A DNA stretch of 64,000 nucleotides, taken from Octopus bimaculoides. Lineage: Eukaryota. The translations under genes were made by a program, and so were the position numbers. The stretch spans positions 74,927,234 to 74,991,233 of the forward strand of contig NC_068984.1 in the NCBI RefSeq assembly GCF_001194135.2, written 5' to 3'. Shown in pieces: positions 62,156 through 64,000 of this stretch; the stretch's first letter is position 1; each line of letters begins with the position of its first letter. Under the pieces are notes generated by a model, which did not search any database, was not told the DNA's origin, and saw nothing but the letters and a program-made list of their open reading frames with translations.

Positions 62156-63157
62156 TCATACTTACCAACCTGTCTTGTTAGTCTTGTTAAGCGTTGCTGT
62201 TTTGATGGGTTTTTTTCCCCAACTCTGAAGCGGGGCATACTGCCATGCTTCTTAACCTATCCCTCATTACCTAGTCTTTCTCCTCTCACTAAAACCCATC
62301 GTTGATACTGATTGTCTTCCAGTTCCCAAGATATAAGTACCATCCAGTGCTCCAGTTGAAGGTTGTTTGACATATCAATAAGGATCTGAGCATTCTAGAA
62401 TCCAAATGCTATCATGTCTTTTCTTTCTTTCATCCACAAAATGTAACCCCTGTACTAAGACTGTGAATGCAGAAAATCAATCATGGAAACTGAGATGGTT
62501 TGTGTTGAAGTGTTGAAGTGCTTAAGGCACCTTTTCTAGCCTTGTTCCAATGCAAGGTGATTAAAGTGGTCCAAAGAAAAGACTCTTCAGACACAACTGC
62601 AGCTGCTAAGATGAGGACTGCAGTTGTCCTCATCAAAATATTTGGCAACTATCATACCATTTCATGGTTAAAATATCCCTGATATTTCAATCCTGCTTCT
62701 GTAGCCATAAGATGATTGCCAGAGGACTTTGGAAATGGAAGGAATCTGGAATATTCTTGAGAGTTGTGCTTGAGTGATGTGTTGTTTAGTGCATAGAAAC
62801 TGTTGCACATCAATTCCCTCACTATAATTTACTTTCAAGAGAAAGTCAAATATGTTATTCCAATAGCAAAGAATCCAAGACAGCTGTAAGTGGCAAACTA
62901 TTGCTATTATCACTCTGCTGCAGTCATCAACTGCACTCATAGCTATTGAAAGTAAGTGATCTAGCCTTGCCTGTTACACAGGACATTTGATATCATTGCG
63001 TCCTTGGTATGGGAAGCAAGAAAGGTTGTCAGCACTTGATCAAGGCATCATCTTAAGTTTCCAAAAGCAAGGGATGACTTCCAAGTAGTAGATATATATA
63101 AACAAGGTAAATTCAACTATTTCTAACTATTTCTCCATAGATTAGAGAAAATGATAA

Positions 63158-63205
63158 ACAGCCTTAATCAATTTTCAAACCTAAATGGATTCTCATCAGA
63201 GGTGT
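63158..63205 (-). ncRNA. Minimal type I hammerhead-ribozyme-like motif
   Basis: Minus strand ACACCT-CTGATGA-GAATCCATTTAGGTTT-GAAA-ATTGATT-A-AGGCTGT: intact core, UUA cleavage triplet, stem I with one bulge. Confidence 0.35.
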
Positions 63206-63289
63206 CTATACCACTTTGACCAATCCCCAAGAAACAAACACCCAATTTATTTATACACTCTACAAATCTAGGAGCCAGAGAGAAGTGGA

Positions 63290-63610
63290 GCTGCTAATTT
63301 GCATGTGGTGAGAAGATTGCTTCCCAACCACATGGTTTCAGGTTCAATTTCCTATTGGGACACCTTTGGCAAGTGTTTTTCTACGGTAGCCACAGGCCAA
63401 TCAAAGCCTTGTGAGTAAATGTCTTAAACATGAACTGAAAACCTTGCAGTGTGTGTGTGTGACTGGAGTGTGAGTGTGTGTGTGCGTGTGTGTGTGTGTG
63501 TATGTGCGCGTGTGTGCATACATGCATGGTTGAGTATGTGTTACTGTCTCCTTGTCTTGACATTGCATGATGGTTGCAAATGAGTGTCACTGTCATTCAA
63601 GTGCTGTCCT
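63290..63610 (+). mobile_element. SINE family C copy, CpG-eroded
   Basis: GTGGTGAGAAGATTGCTTCCCAACCACATGG...CACCTTTGGCAAGTGTTTTCTAC...AAAGCCTTGTGAG followed by (GT)n. Confidence 0.75.
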
Positions 63611-64000
63611 TCATTTCACATCTTCAGTGAAAACAGGTTGAGAGTTGGCAAAAGGAAGGCCATCCAGCCATAGAAACATTTGCCTCTACATATTCTGAGC
63701 CATGAAAGCTTCGGAAAGTGGATGTTAAATGATGATTACCCACACACACACAAACACAAACGCACAGATATATATATATATATCATGATCCTCCTCCTCA
63801 TCATCATCAGTGTTTAATGCCTGGACAGTTTGACTGAGGTCTGGAAAGCCAGCGGCTGCACCAGGCTCCAATCTGATCTGACAATGTTTCTACAGCTGGA
63901 TACCCTTCCTAATACCAACCACTCCGAGAGAGTAGTGGGTGCTTTTTATGAGCCACCGGCACAAGAGCCAGTCAGGCAGGTCTGGCATTGATCATGTATA

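Noticed and set aside
62300-63100. Possible RTE endonuclease remnant or upstream TMTC2 exon
   Set aside because: No TPR-like frame with splice sites, and RTE similarity is marginal. The next TMTC2 exon is probably outside the window or in the 61090-61892 gap.

Overview
AT-rich, repeat-dense metazoan scaffold with about a dozen N gaps. The SINE, LINE and microsatellite repertoire points to an octopus or other coleoid cephalopod (inference). The right half (33.3-57.7 kb, minus strand) holds the seven 3' coding exons of a TMTC2 protein O-mannosyltransferase (TPR region). All seven have GT-AG ends and continuous phases; the 5' part of the gene lies beyond the window or in a gap. The left half (0.07-24.9 kb, plus strand) holds a candidate gene missing from the ORF track: a chain of 23-51 nt micro-exons. 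Seven internal exons are all multiples of 3 and all phase 1. Spliced together they give about 100 aa with three N-glycosylation sequons and a six-Cys C-terminal motif I do not recognise. This architecture resembles schistosome micro-exon genes and is the top finding. Introns contain Tx1/L1-type, RTE, R4/Dong and Penelope-like retroelement remnants, a piggyBac remnant, hAT-type, TTAA-type and Helitron-type non-autonomous elements, and at least four SINE families. Other observations: CpG is retained over the micro-exon gene but eroded over TMTC2; a CpG-retaining island inside a TMTC2 intron may be a hidden promoter or nested gene; a SINE shares its 3' tail with the Tx1-type LINE; there are two long intronic inverted repeats and two degenerate hammerhead-ribozyme-like motifs. 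All coordinates were read by eye, and repeat boundaries are approximate.
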